From: Nitrososphaerota archaeon | GTDB lineage: Archaea > Thermoproteota > Nitrososphaeria_A > Caldarchaeales > Wolframiiraptoraceae | Assembly (NCBI GenBank): GCA_021159365.1 | Contig: JAGGRY010000036.1 | Coordinates: forward strand, 63,861-87,860 | Direction of reading: 5' to 3' | DNA length: 24,000 nucleotides | Shown here: in pieces, positions 1 to 7,678 of the stretch | Numbering within the stretch: position 1 is the first letter of the stretch | Layout of the letters: every line of letters starts with the position of its first letter | Notes under the pieces: model-generated | What the model was told of the DNA's origin: nothing | Database searches by the model: none | Seen by the model: the letters and a program-made list of their open reading frames with translations, nothing else | Translations under genes and position numbers: made by a program

Positions 1-731
1 AAGTCTGTGGCGGAGGAGATGTAAAGTTCTGTCTTCGGAGCCTTGATCTTTGACTTAAGCTTCTCGCCAATTAAGACTATCGCCGCTGCCCCATCTCCAA
101 CACCGCTTACCTCGAATCTTCTAAGAGGCTCGGAGATATATGGTGATGATAGGATTTTCTCTAAGCTCACCTCGAATGGATATTGTGCATGGGCGACTCC
201 CTTGGCGTGTTTATGGCTTAGCATCGGGAAAACCGCGATCATATCATCTTTAACCCCATAATGCTTCATGTATAGTTTATAGAGTAATGCATTGATCGAG
301 TAGAAATCCGCACCTATGAATCCTTCATACTCCTGCCTCTCACCCATCAGGAGAGCCGATGAAACCTCCTCAGCCAATCCATCTGAGAGTTTCTCACCTC
401 CAACGATCAAGACTGCATCAGCTTTTCCAGAAGCGATCTCCAGGGCTCCGGCGTGAATTGCGGCGGCTCCAGAGGCGTTCGCTGCCTCAACTCTATATGC
501 TGGAGTTCCAACCATTCCGAGATCCTCTGCGATTATCGCTCCCAGATGGGCTTGCTCTTGTAGAAATTCTCCAGCCATGTTTCCGACATAGATCGAGTTT
601 ACCCGAGTTAAGCCAGAATCCTCTAAGGCTTTTAGAGCTGCTTCAACCATTAATTGCTCTAATCCTCTATCCCAATGTTCTCCAATCTTCGTTAACCCAA
701 CTCCAGCGACATAGATTTTTCCCAATTTCAT
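1..731 (-). CDS. Thiolase-fold protein (acetyl-CoA acetyltransferase-like), N-terminal 243 codons; the 3' end runs off the window
   Basis: Absent from the ORF track because no stop lies inside the window. Reverse-strand translation from the ATG at 731-729 stays open to position 1: MKLGKIYVAGVGLTKIGEHWDRGLEQLMVEAALKALEDSGLTRVNSIYVGNMAGEFLQEQAHLGAIIAEDLGMVGTPAYRVEAANASGAAAIHAGALEIASGKADAVLIVGGEKLSD... This is a typical archaeal/SCP-x-type thiolase N-terminus. GAGGTGAGC lies directly upstream of the ATG, which starts 2 nt after the HMG-CoA synthase stop, so the two genes form an operon. Confidence 0.85.
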   Translation of the reverse strand, partial: MKLGKIYVAGVGLTKIGEHWDRGLEQLMVEAALKALEDSGLTRVNSIYVGNMAGEFLQEQAHLGAIIAEDLGMVGTPAYRVEAANASGAAAIHAGALEIASGKADAVLIVGGEKLSDGLAEEVSSALLMGERQEYEGFIGADFYSINALLYKLYMKHYGVKDDMIAVFPMLSHKHAKGVAHAQYPFEVSLEKILSSPYISEPLRRFEVSGVGDGAAAIVLIGEKLKSKIKAPKTELYISSATD

Positions 732-733
732 GC

Positions 734-1783
734 TCACCTCAATCTAAGTTTTCCCCTAAATTTAGCATAGCTGGCATAATCTATGTAGATCTTCCTCTCG
801 ATGAAGTCCTTGAGTTTAGGCGCTCTATCTCTCTTCTCCTCGATTCCATCTAAGACTCTAAGAATATATGCGTCGCTCCCAGCCCCGGATCCGAATGATG
901 CAAGGAGAATGGCGTCTCCAGGCTTTGCCTCATCTAAAACTCTAACCAAGCCTAGGAGACTTGTGGCACTATAAGGATTTCCCAAGAATCCTGAGATCAA
1001 TCCAGATGAGACTTTCTCTCTTTCAAGCTTCAAGGCCTTTGCAACCGCTAACGGGAACTTCACATTAGGCTGATGAAAGACGAAGTAATCTATGTCCTTA
1101 ATCGAGTATCCCTCATCATTTAAGAGCTCGTTAATCGATCCCAGAATATGTCTGAAATAAGCAGGTTGACCGGTGAATCTCGCAGCATGGCTGGGATAAT
1201 TTTCACTCTCTCTTCTCCAGAAATCCGGTGTATCGGTTACATATGAGTTCCAAGCCTCAATTGAGGCCACAGCATCATCCGTCAATCTCCCAATTAATAG
1301 CGCCGCGGCTCCACTTGCCGCCGTATACTCTAATGCATCTCCAGGTCTTCCTTGAGCGGTATCCGCTCCTATCGCCAAACCATATTCTATTCTCCCACTC
1401 TCAACTAGTCCAGTTATCAATTGGATCGCCTCGGTTCCAGCCTTACACGCGAACTCTAGATCCGCTGCTAAGATGTTTTGACCGGCTCCGATGGCCTCAG
1501 CCACGATCGTCCCAGTCGGCTTTACGGCATAAGGCTTAGACTCGCTTCCAACATGTATTGCCCCAATCTTCTTAGGATCTATCCCAGCCCTCTTAACGGC
1601 GATCCTAGCCGCTTCAACAGCCATAGTGACCGAGTCTTCATCCAAGCCTGCGACCGCCTTCTCCTCTATTGGGAGTTCCTGTTTTTCTCTTCCCCAAAGC
1701 CTTCCAATCTCCTCAGCCCTAATCCTATATCTAGGAACATAGCCTCCATAGCCTTGTATCGCCACACCGTTCAGCCTTACCAT
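734..1783 (-). CDS. Hydroxymethylglutaryl-CoA synthase (archaeal type)
   Basis: 349-aa ORF with [11 protein letters not shown] (catalytic Cys context), FHQPN and GNPYSATS motifs and the overall archaeal HMGCS layout. It is coupled to the downstream thiolase-like gene. Confidence 0.9.
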   Translation of the reverse strand: MVRLNGVAIQGYGGYVPRYRIRAEEIGRLWGREKQELPIEEKAVAGLDEDSVTMAVEAARIAVKRAGIDPKKIGAIHVGSESKPYAVKPTGTIVAEAIGAGQNILAADLEFACKAGTEAIQLITGLVESGRIEYGLAIGADTAQGRPGDALEYTAASGAAALLIGRLTDDAVASIEAWNSYVTDTPDFWRRESENYPSHAARFTGQPAYFRHILGSINELLNDEGYSIKDIDYFVFHQPNVKFPLAVAKALKLEREKVSSGLISGFLGNPYSATSLLGLVRVLDEAKPGDAILLASFGSGAGSDAYILRVLDGIEEKRDRAPKLKDFIERKIYIDYASYAKFRGKLRLR

Positions 1784-1811
1784 TTTTCAAGGGATTTTTA
1801 GCCGCGGATCT

Positions 1812-1819
1812 CTTTAAAT
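1812..1819 (-). promoter_or_regulatory. TATA box (ATTTAAAG on the minus strand) for the HMGCS-thiolase operon
   Basis: The A/T octamer sits 28 nt upstream of the ATG at 1783. The same ATTTAAAG(AG) element and spacing recur upstream of cdvC. Confidence 0.5.
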
Positions 1820-1915
1820 GTTTTAACGAATCTCTTAACGTCAATTGACGAATAGGGAGAAGCCGCATCAGATTGGAGGAAGCTTAAGTTGATGGAGAAT
1901 CTCATTTAAGGATAG

Positions 1916-2374
1916 ATGAGAGAGAGCAGGGGACTTGATGAAAAAGATCTGAAGATTCTAAGGGCATTAGAGTTCGATTCATCTAGGAGCGTTAGGGAGA
2001 TCGCGGAGGAATTAGGTCTACCTAGGACGACTGTTCAAGAGAGGATTAGCAGGCTTAGGAGATTGGGCGTGATCAGGAGATTTACGATAAAGGTCGATAA
2101 GTCCAAGCTTGGGAAAGAGGCGACCGCGTTCATCTTAGTATCCTTCATGCCTGGACCTCAGATCTCTCAAAAGATGCTCGCTCATCAAATCTCCATGCTC
2201 CCAGACGTTGAGGAAGTCCACCTAATCTCAGGTGAATGGGATATCTTGGTAAAGGTTAGAGGCTCCTCGATGAAGGAGATAGGTGAACTCGTGATCGAGA
2301 GAATTAGAACTATGGATGGAGTCGCGAGAACCTTAACCTGCACGGTCTTCTACACCGCTAAAGAAGATCCATAA
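1916..2374 (+). CDS. Lrp/AsnC-family transcriptional regulator
   Basis: 152 aa. N-terminal HTH (SVREIAEELGLPRTTVQERISRLRRLGVI) plus a C-terminal RAM/AsnC-type ligand domain (AFILVSF...VEEVHLISGEWDILVKVR). Divergent from the HMGCS operon. Confidence 0.9.
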   Translation: MRESRGLDEKDLKILRALEFDSSRSVREIAEELGLPRTTVQERISRLRRLGVIRRFTIKVDKSKLGKEATAFILVSFMPGPQISQKMLAHQISMLPDVEEVHLISGEWDILVKVRGSSMKEIGELVIERIRTMDGVARTLTCTVFYTAKEDP

Positions 2375-2446
2375 AAGACGGAGATTACTGGAAACATACC
2401 ATAAAATATCTCAAAGTATTTCATCCGTCTCCAATTATGCTTAGAG

Positions 2447-2454
2447 ATTTAAAG
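2447..2454 (+). promoter_or_regulatory. TATA box (ATTTAAAG) for cdvC
   Basis: Located 27 nt upstream of the ATG at 2482. No Shine-Dalgarno sequence is present, consistent with a leaderless mRNA. Confidence 0.5.
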
Positions 2455-2481
2455 AGCTACTCACGTCCTCTAACTTGAGCT

Positions 2482-3606
2482 ATGAAGGAGCTTGAGAGAC
2501 TTGCCGCTGAACATGCGAGGGCAGCCGTTAGACTCGACAAGGTTGGGATGAAGAAGGAGGCTGCTCAAAAATACAAGGAAGCGATTAGGCTCTTATCGAG
2601 GTTAATCGAGCTCACCGATGATTCTATGATGAAGCAGATCTATATGGAGAAGAAGGAGCAATATGAGAGGAGGATAAAGGACTTAACCGAATCAGTTTAT
2701 GAAGGATTTCGAGAACTCAGCAAACAGGTTAAGGAATCCGGTTTCGCAAAGGATCTAATCGTCGAGAATCCTCCGCCGATAACTTGGGATGACATCATAG
2801 GGTTAGATCACGCGAAGAGGGCGATAAGGGAGAGCATAATCTATCCGATGAAGAGGCCGGACCTATTTCCCCTAGGATGGCCACGGGGGATCCTCTTATT
2901 TGGACCACCTGGATGCGGGAAGACGATGTTGGCGGCGGCGGTGGCGAATGAGATCGACGCGGTCTTCATGCATGTTGACGCCTCTGTGATCATGTCTAAG
3001 TGGCTTGGAGAATCCGAGAAGAATATATCGAATATCTTCAAATCTGCTAGAGAATATGAGGCTCAGGGAAAGGCCGTCATAATCTTCATGGATGAGATAG
3101 ATTCCTTAACGGCGGCGAGGTTGAATGAGGTCGGCGGAGAGGCGAGGGCGAGAAACCAGCTGATAAAGGAGATGGATGGATTATTCGATAAAGGTAAGAA
3201 TACTAGGATCTATGTCCTCGCAGCGACGAATAAGCCGTGGCTCCTCGATAAACCATTCATCAGGAGATTCCAGAAGAGAATATTCATAGGTTTACCCGAT
3301 TATGAGGCAAGGTTGAAGATGTTTGAATACTATGCTAGAAAACTTGATTTAGATGGGAATGTCGAATTCGGGGAACTTGCGAGGATAACGAACGGATACT
3401 CTGGAGCAGATATCTACAATATCTGCATGGAAGTCCAGATGAAGGTTGTTAGCGAGTTCTTTGAGGAAGGGAGTGGAGATGAGGGGAAGCCTAGGAAGAT
3501 TAGGATGGAAGATTTCATGGAGATCATTAGGAAGAGGAAGCCGAGCGTTGATTTAGAATCCATGGAGAAGATGCTTAAATGGGCTTCGAAGTATGGGACA
3601 TCCTGA
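2482..3606 (+). CDS. cdvC: CdvC / Vps4-like AAA+ ATPase with N-terminal MIT domain
   Basis: 374 aa. N-terminal helical MIT-like region (AAEHARAAVRLDKVGMKKEAAQKYKEAIRLLSRLIEL), Walker A GPPGCGKT, Walker B IIFMDEID, SRH region ATNKPWLLDKPFIRRF and a Vps4-type C-terminal helix. Converges on an ESCRT-III gene. Confidence 0.9.
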   Translation: MKELERLAAEHARAAVRLDKVGMKKEAAQKYKEAIRLLSRLIELTDDSMMKQIYMEKKEQYERRIKDLTESVYEGFRELSKQVKESGFAKDLIVENPPPITWDDIIGLDHAKRAIRESIIYPMKRPDLFPLGWPRGILLFGPPGCGKTMLAAAVANEIDAVFMHVDASVIMSKWLGESEKNISNIFKSAREYEAQGKAVIIFMDEIDSLTAARLNEVGGEARARNQLIKEMDGLFDKGKNTRIYVLAATNKPWLLDKPFIRRFQKRIFIGLPDYEARLKMFEYYARKLDLDGNVEFGELARITNGYSGADIYNICMEVQMKVVSEFFEEGSGDEGKPRKIRMEDFMEIIRKRKPSVDLESMEKMLKWASKYGTS

Positions 3607-3611
3607 CTCCT

Positions 3612-4346
3612 TTATCCAACGAGCTGAATCAGACCTTTTTGCTCAAGCCTCTTCAAAACATCTCTAATCTGATCCTCATTTAATCCAAGTTCTCTGGCGC
3701 ATCTCTTGAGATCGAGTTCCTCATCACTGGCCGAGATATATGAATAGACGAGCTTCTCCTCTTCACTGAGCTTTGGAACATCTGGGAATGCATCCTTAAC
3801 TCTTTCAGCGGCCTTCTTCTGAGCTTCCTCTAAGATCTTCGACGCCTCGGCATCCAACTCTTTAGGAACCTGAACGATCTCTTCTCCAGCCTCAGACATG
3901 GATGTGAAATCCTCTATACATGATGCTAGCTCCCGAAGACTTTCAGCCGCCTCTGGAGCAACGCCTCTCACCTCGTCCTCAACCTCCGCCACTAACGAGA
4001 TCAATGGAATCAGGAGTCCTAGAACATCGCTTATCTCGAGAATAGTCTCGAGTCTGAGCTTGACTTGTTCGAGGACTAGTTGGGTTTTAACTATTATTCC
4101 CGCTAATCTCCTTATTTCGGCGATCTCTTCGGCGTAGATTGAAGCCCTATTCTCATCTCCATTCATTAACGCTTGAACTACTTCTTCAAAGTATTCCTTA
4201 CTCCTTGCCACCATTTCACCATATTTTGATCTGAGCTTTATTATCTGGGCGCTTAACTGGTTGAGCGAATGCTCAAGTTTTAGCTTAAGTCTTTCTCTCG
4301 CCTTCTCGTCGAACAGTGATTCATCGAAATCTCCCTGATTAACCAT
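3612..4346 (-). CDS. cdvB: CdvB-type ESCRT-III (Snf7-like) protein with C-terminal winged helix
   Basis: 244 aa. Long helical-hairpin core, acidic linker, MIM2-like FPDVP (3774-3788) and a C-terminal wH (LVYSYISASDEELDLKRCARELGLNEDQIRDVLKRLEQKGLIQL). This matches the Sulfolobus CdvB architecture. Its stop lies 5 nt from the cdvC stop. Confidence 0.85.
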   Translation of the reverse strand: MVNQGDFDESLFDEKARERLKLKLEHSLNQLSAQIIKLRSKYGEMVARSKEYFEEVVQALMNGDENRASIYAEEIAEIRRLAGIIVKTQLVLEQVKLRLETILEISDVLGLLIPLISLVAEVEDEVRGVAPEAAESLRELASCIEDFTSMSEAGEEIVQVPKELDAEASKILEEAQKKAAERVKDAFPDVPKLSEEEKLVYSYISASDEELDLKRCARELGLNEDQIRDVLKRLEQKGLIQLVG

Positions 4347-4372
4347 CTCTGGATTGATGAACTGAGATAGGA

Positions 4373-4380
4373 TATTTTAT
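4373..4380 (-). promoter_or_regulatory. TATA box (ATAAAATA on the minus strand) for cdvB
   Basis: Located 26 nt upstream of the ATG at 4346, with no SD. This is the leaderless pattern seen at other first genes in the window. Confidence 0.5.
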
Positions 4381-4463
4381 TCCTTTCTAAACGCGAATTC
4401 GTCTTAAATCTTATGAGAATTCATGCGAAATACCCCGCACATATCATCATATTGCCTAGATCC

Positions 4464-4476
4464 ATTTGATCAAAGA
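4464..4476. repeat. ATTTGATCAAAGA, copy 1 (contains the perfect 10-bp palindrome TTTGATCAAA)
   Basis: Exact 13-mer shared with 4663-4675. Both copies lie in the 358-bp non-coding gap upstream of cdvB. Confidence 0.7.
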
Positions 4477-4662
4477 GTTGCCGTGGATTCCCTGCTCAAC
4501 TTAACTTGACGGTTTCTTCTCTTCGATTCTCCTCGACTTATGATGCCCTAATCTACAGCTCTGGCCAACAATTTCGCCTACCTCTTCCTTCGATAATTGT
4601 TGCGAATAAGCGGATATCTCTAATGGGGTTTCTCTCGCGCCTTATCTCTTTTCTACCGACAA

Positions 4663-4675
4663 ATTTGATCAAAGA
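4663..4675. repeat. ATTTGATCAAAGA, copy 2 (contains the perfect 10-bp palindrome TTTGATCAAA)
   Basis: Exact 13-mer shared with 4464-4476, 199 bp away. Confidence 0.7.
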
Positions 4676-4704
4676 TGGTGAAGGATGTTCTAAAGATTTT
4701 GCAG

Positions 4705-6147
4705 TTAGCCTCTCAGCCCGAAGACAAGCTTCGTCTCTCCCAGCATCTTTAATGGCATCTCCCTAACTTTCACAACTATCGGTAGATCATTCACTATTCT
4801 CCCGATCATTAGACAGTGTCGAGGTGGAAGAGCTTTAGCTATAAGCTTCACGGTGTCTGAGTCTATTCTCGCGGTCTTTGAGATGTAATTTAAATCCGAT
4901 TCATTTGTGAAGTTGAATAGGAATATGTTATCCGCTTGCCTATAGATCGTCTCTGGAATCGTATCGGGTTGATTCGTTACGAGTATTGGGAATATTCCGA
5001 TGTGCCTCATCCTCGTTATTAGGTCATCCCAGTAAGTCTCTCTCAGATATAGGTGCGCCTCCTCCGCTAAGAGAAACAATGGATCTATCAATCCATCTCT
5101 TAGTAGAGTTGAGAGCTTGCTTAAGACATACTCGACCACGATTCTCCTGCCATGTGAAGAGATTTTGGAGAGATTTATCACGAATATTCCACCTTCCTTA
5201 ACCGAGTTTATCATCGAGTCTATTTTTACAGGATTTTCATCGTCGAAGAATCTCGTCGCCTCTAAGCTTAGAAGTCTACTCATTAAAGCATCTCTAACCG
5301 ATTCATGTAGCTGAACCCTTCCTATTGCATCTATCAGTCCTCTAAGGGTAACTTTCCCATTCACCTTCTTAACGAGCCTCCATAATCTGATGAACTCCCT
5401 CAGACTCGTCGCCGGAGTATTTAGAATATATCTCAAGATGTCTGTGATCGTTGCTAAGCCAGCATCTTCCATCGAGACTCTAAAATTTTCTCCAGGAGTT
5501 AGAACTACATGCTTGTCGGCGACATCGCTTAAAGCTCCATCAATTCTCATCGAGAGGCCGATGTATTCTCCGTTAACATCTAGGGCTATCACCTTTGCTC
5601 CATACTCGGCCAAAGATGTTATCAGAATCTTAGCGAGATGGGATTTACCGGTCTCCTTCTTTCCAGTAATTATTGTTAATCTACCATCCAAGTCTTCGGC
5701 GTTTATCGAGATTATTCCATTCATTGATTCTCCTATTATTATCGGTCTTCTACCGGCGGATGATGAGAGCTCCATGATCAATTCAGGCGAAGCTCGCTCT
5801 ATCCTCGATTCAAGTCTTGATGGAAGCCACAGTAGATCATTTCTGAGAGATCCATCCTCAACCACTCCCCTAACCTTCCCAACGATAAGCCTGGAATCCT
5901 TAAGCTCGGTTAAAATAGATCCAACATCATATGGGTCGAAGATCTTGAGCGAGAGGGGCTCAGAGGCAAGTTCTCTTAAGGTATCTTCTAGGATTCCGGG
6001 AAGCTCCGCATAGTTCACATCTAAGATCTGGACGAGTAGCTTCTTGCCTCCATCCGAAACTATCACGTAATCTCCTCTTCTAAGCCCATCCTCACCTGGA
6101 GCCGCCAGAAACTCTATCTTATCCCCATTCTTCGATAAGATCTTCAA
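4705..6147 (-). CDS. HerA/FtsK-superfamily ATPase (HerA-like, DUF87-type) with N-terminal HAS-barrel-like domain
   Basis: 480 aa. N-terminal beta-barrel-like segment (RRGDYVIVSDGGKKLLVQILDV), Walker A GKKETGKS (5641-5664) and Walker B-like PLFLLAEEAH. The TTG start overlaps the upstream stop (TTGA at 6144-6147) and is preceded by GGAGGTGA (6154-6161, 6-nt spacer). Confidence 0.8.
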   Translation of the reverse strand: MKILSKNGDKIEFLAAPGEDGLRRGDYVIVSDGGKKLLVQILDVNYAELPGILEDTLRELASEPLSLKIFDPYDVGSILTELKDSRLIVGKVRGVVEDGSLRNDLLWLPSRLESRIERASPELIMELSSSAGRRPIIIGESMNGIISINAEDLDGRLTIITGKKETGKSHLAKILITSLAEYGAKVIALDVNGEYIGLSMRIDGALSDVADKHVVLTPGENFRVSMEDAGLATITDILRYILNTPATSLREFIRLWRLVKKVNGKVTLRGLIDAIGRVQLHESVRDALMSRLLSLEATRFFDDENPVKIDSMINSVKEGGIFVINLSKISSHGRRIVVEYVLSKLSTLLRDGLIDPLFLLAEEAHLYLRETYWDDLITRMRHIGIFPILVTNQPDTIPETIYRQADNIFLFNFTNESDLNYISKTARIDSDTVKLIAKALPPRHCLMIGRIVNDLPIVVKVREMPLKMLGETKLVFGLRG

Positions 6148-7253
6148 GCGGGCTCACCTCCATCTATTGGTCTGAATAGGAGCCATCTAATCGAGGTAGG
6201 CTTAAAGAGCTTAATCCCCCTTCTCCTCAGGATCGATTGCATGGCTATTAGATCCATTTTATTGAAGGTGCAGAGATCGTGGGCTAGGATCAAGGTTTCT
6301 GGATAACCATAGATTAATGAATCGCTCTTCAAGAGGCTTCCAAGAACATCTCCAATGCTTTTCCTAATTGCTGCGTCGACTCTGAAGCCTTCGCCTCCAG
6401 CTGAGAGTCTCGCTAAATATGTCTCTCCCAAGACTTTAACTCTCATCTCTAATTCCTTGATCGCCCAAGTCATCTCCACGACATATGGAGGCTCTGCATC
6501 GAGTTTAAGCGAGGTTATGAGTTCTCCCCAAACTCTGAGGATGCTGGTCTTAGAAAAGGCGAGAATATCGTTTCCCCTTGGCCTCGCTCCATCAATTATC
6601 CTCGATACAAGCCAAGTTGGATTGTCTAATGGTCCCGCTGAGAGGGAGCCGTCGAAGAGCAATATCGTATCCTTAAATCTCTCAACGGCGTATTCTTGCA
6701 GCCTCTTCTCCAAAATCCCGGCCAAGACCTTTTGAACGGAGTTATAGAGCTGATAATCTCCCCAATAATCTAGTCTAACTTCCCCGCCCAGCATGGATGA
6801 GAGGAGTTCTCCAACTCCATCATAATCTATGTATACCATGAATGGACCGATTATCTCGGCCCAAATTCTCGACCATTCTCGAATGACCAGAGCTCCCCTA
6901 ATCGCGACCACGACCCCTTTAGAGCCCACCGCGACCTTAATCGAGGAAGTATCTATGGCCACAACTCTCCTGGACGCCGCATCTTCAACCGAGACCTTGA
7001 TCGGCTTAACCCCCTCTTTCAAAAGCCTCTCAACTAGCTGAATAGGCCACTCATCTTGAACAAAGACTTCAGAGGTCTCAACCCCAAGCTTAACCCCCTT
7101 GATCGAGCTAAGGCTTCTATCACTCTTCTCTAGGAAAGCTTTAAAGAGGCTTTTAAATCCATTTATTTGGGGTTGCTGGTATTGGGTCATCGCCCCTCTT
7201 CCCACGGGATTATTGGGCTTCATGTGCTTATAAATGTTGCTCAAATTGAGCAT
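6144..7253 (-). CDS. NurA-domain nuclease (RNase H-like fold)
   Basis: 369 aa. NurA motifs appear in order: VVAIDTSS, ILLFDGSL and GYPETLILAHD. Translationally coupled to the HerA-like gene. The start is uncertain: the ATG at 7190 (MTQYQQ...) fits the TATA at 7228-7235 better than the ATG at 7253. Confidence 0.8.
   Translation of the reverse strand: MLNLSNIYKHMKPNNPVGRGAMTQYQQPQINGFKSLFKAFLEKSDRSLSSIKGVKLGVETSEVFVQDEWPIQLVERLLKEGVKPIKVSVEDAASRRVVAIDTSSIKVAVGSKGVVVAIRGALVIREWSRIWAEIIGPFMVYIDYDGVGELLSSMLGGEVRLDYWGDYQLYNSVQKVLAGILEKRLQEYAVERFKDTILLFDGSLSAGPLDNPTWLVSRIIDGARPRGNDILAFSKTSILRVWGELITSLKLDAEPPYVVEMTWAIKELEMRVKVLGETYLARLSAGGEGFRVDAAIRKSIGDVLGSLLKSDSLIYGYPETLILAHDLCTFNKMDLIAMQSILRRRGIKLFKPTSIRWLLFRPIDGGEPA
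7228..7235. promoter_or_regulatory. Shared, near-palindromic TATA element (TTATAAAT on plus / ATTTATAA on minus) between the nurA-like operon and small wH gene 1
   Basis: Located 26 nt upstream of the ATG at 7262 on the plus strand. On the minus strand it lies 37 nt upstream of the ATG at 7190, with a purine-rich GGGAAGAGGGG in between. Confidence 0.45.
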
Positions 7254-7261
7254 GATGAAAA

Positions 7262-7678
7262 ATGAGCGATCAAGAAAAAATCAAGATAGAGGTGGTAATA
7301 GGCCCCGCAACGGTTAGGGTTGAAGCTCCACCAGAAAAGCTGGAAGAAGCCGTTAAACAGGTTATCTCAGCCATTAAAGCCGTTCTTCCACAGATCTCGG
7401 CCGAGGAGCTTGGCCACGTCCAGCGAGGAGAGAGAACTAGGAAGAGAATGCAGCCAACATGTTCCGAGCTATTGAGGGGGTTAATGGAGGAAGGATGGTT
7501 CGATACTCCTAGAACCCTCTCTGAAGTGGTTCAAGAACTCGCGCGAAGAGGATATAATTATAATTCGACAGCAGTATCGCATAGTCTTCTAGACTTGGTT
7601 AGAGAGAGGGTTTTGTCCAGGGAAGGCACGCCGAGACGCTACGTCTACTATAGATCAAAGAAGGAGGGAGGCAATTAA
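7262..7678 (+). CDS. Small winged-helix protein, paralogue 1 (N-terminal beta-beta-alpha module plus C-terminal wHTH)
   Basis: 138 aa. N-terminus MSDQEKIKIEVVIGPATVRVEAPPEKLEEAVKQVI resembles the N-termini of the three neighbouring proteins. C-terminal wHTH-like RTLSEVVQELARRGYNYNSTAVSHSLLDLVRERVLSREGTPRRYVYY. Confidence 0.7.
   Translation: MSDQEKIKIEVVIGPATVRVEAPPEKLEEAVKQVISAIKAVLPQISAEELGHVQRGERTRKRMQPTCSELLRGLMEEGWFDTPRTLSEVVQELARRGYNYNSTAVSHSLLDLVRERVLSREGTPRRYVYYRSKKEGGN

Noticed and set aside
43-853. Plus-strand ORFs 43-261 (72 aa) and 359-853 (164 aa)
   Set aside because: They lie antisense to the thiolase-like and HMGCS coding frames. They are Pro/Ser/Leu/Arg-rich, low-complexity shadow ORFs, and the minus-strand frame gives a clean thiolase sequence.
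4352-4368. UGAUGA directly followed by ACUGA (GATTGATGAACTGAGAT), resembling C and D boxes
   Set aside because: The boxes are adjacent with no guide spacer, and they sit between the cdvB TATA box and its start codon on the opposite strand. This is most likely chance.
4506-4766. 86-aa TTG-initiated plus-strand ORF in the cdvB/herA-like gap
   Set aside because: It has low-complexity Ser/Leu composition and no TATA or SD. Its 3' end runs antisense into the HerA-like gene. I treat the region as non-coding.
5390-6013. 207-aa plus-strand ORF, together with 4986-5201 and 5117-5314
   Set aside because: They are antisense shadows inside the HerA-like gene. Their Ser/Leu/Ile-rich composition shows no motifs, and the opposite strand carries Walker A/B motifs.
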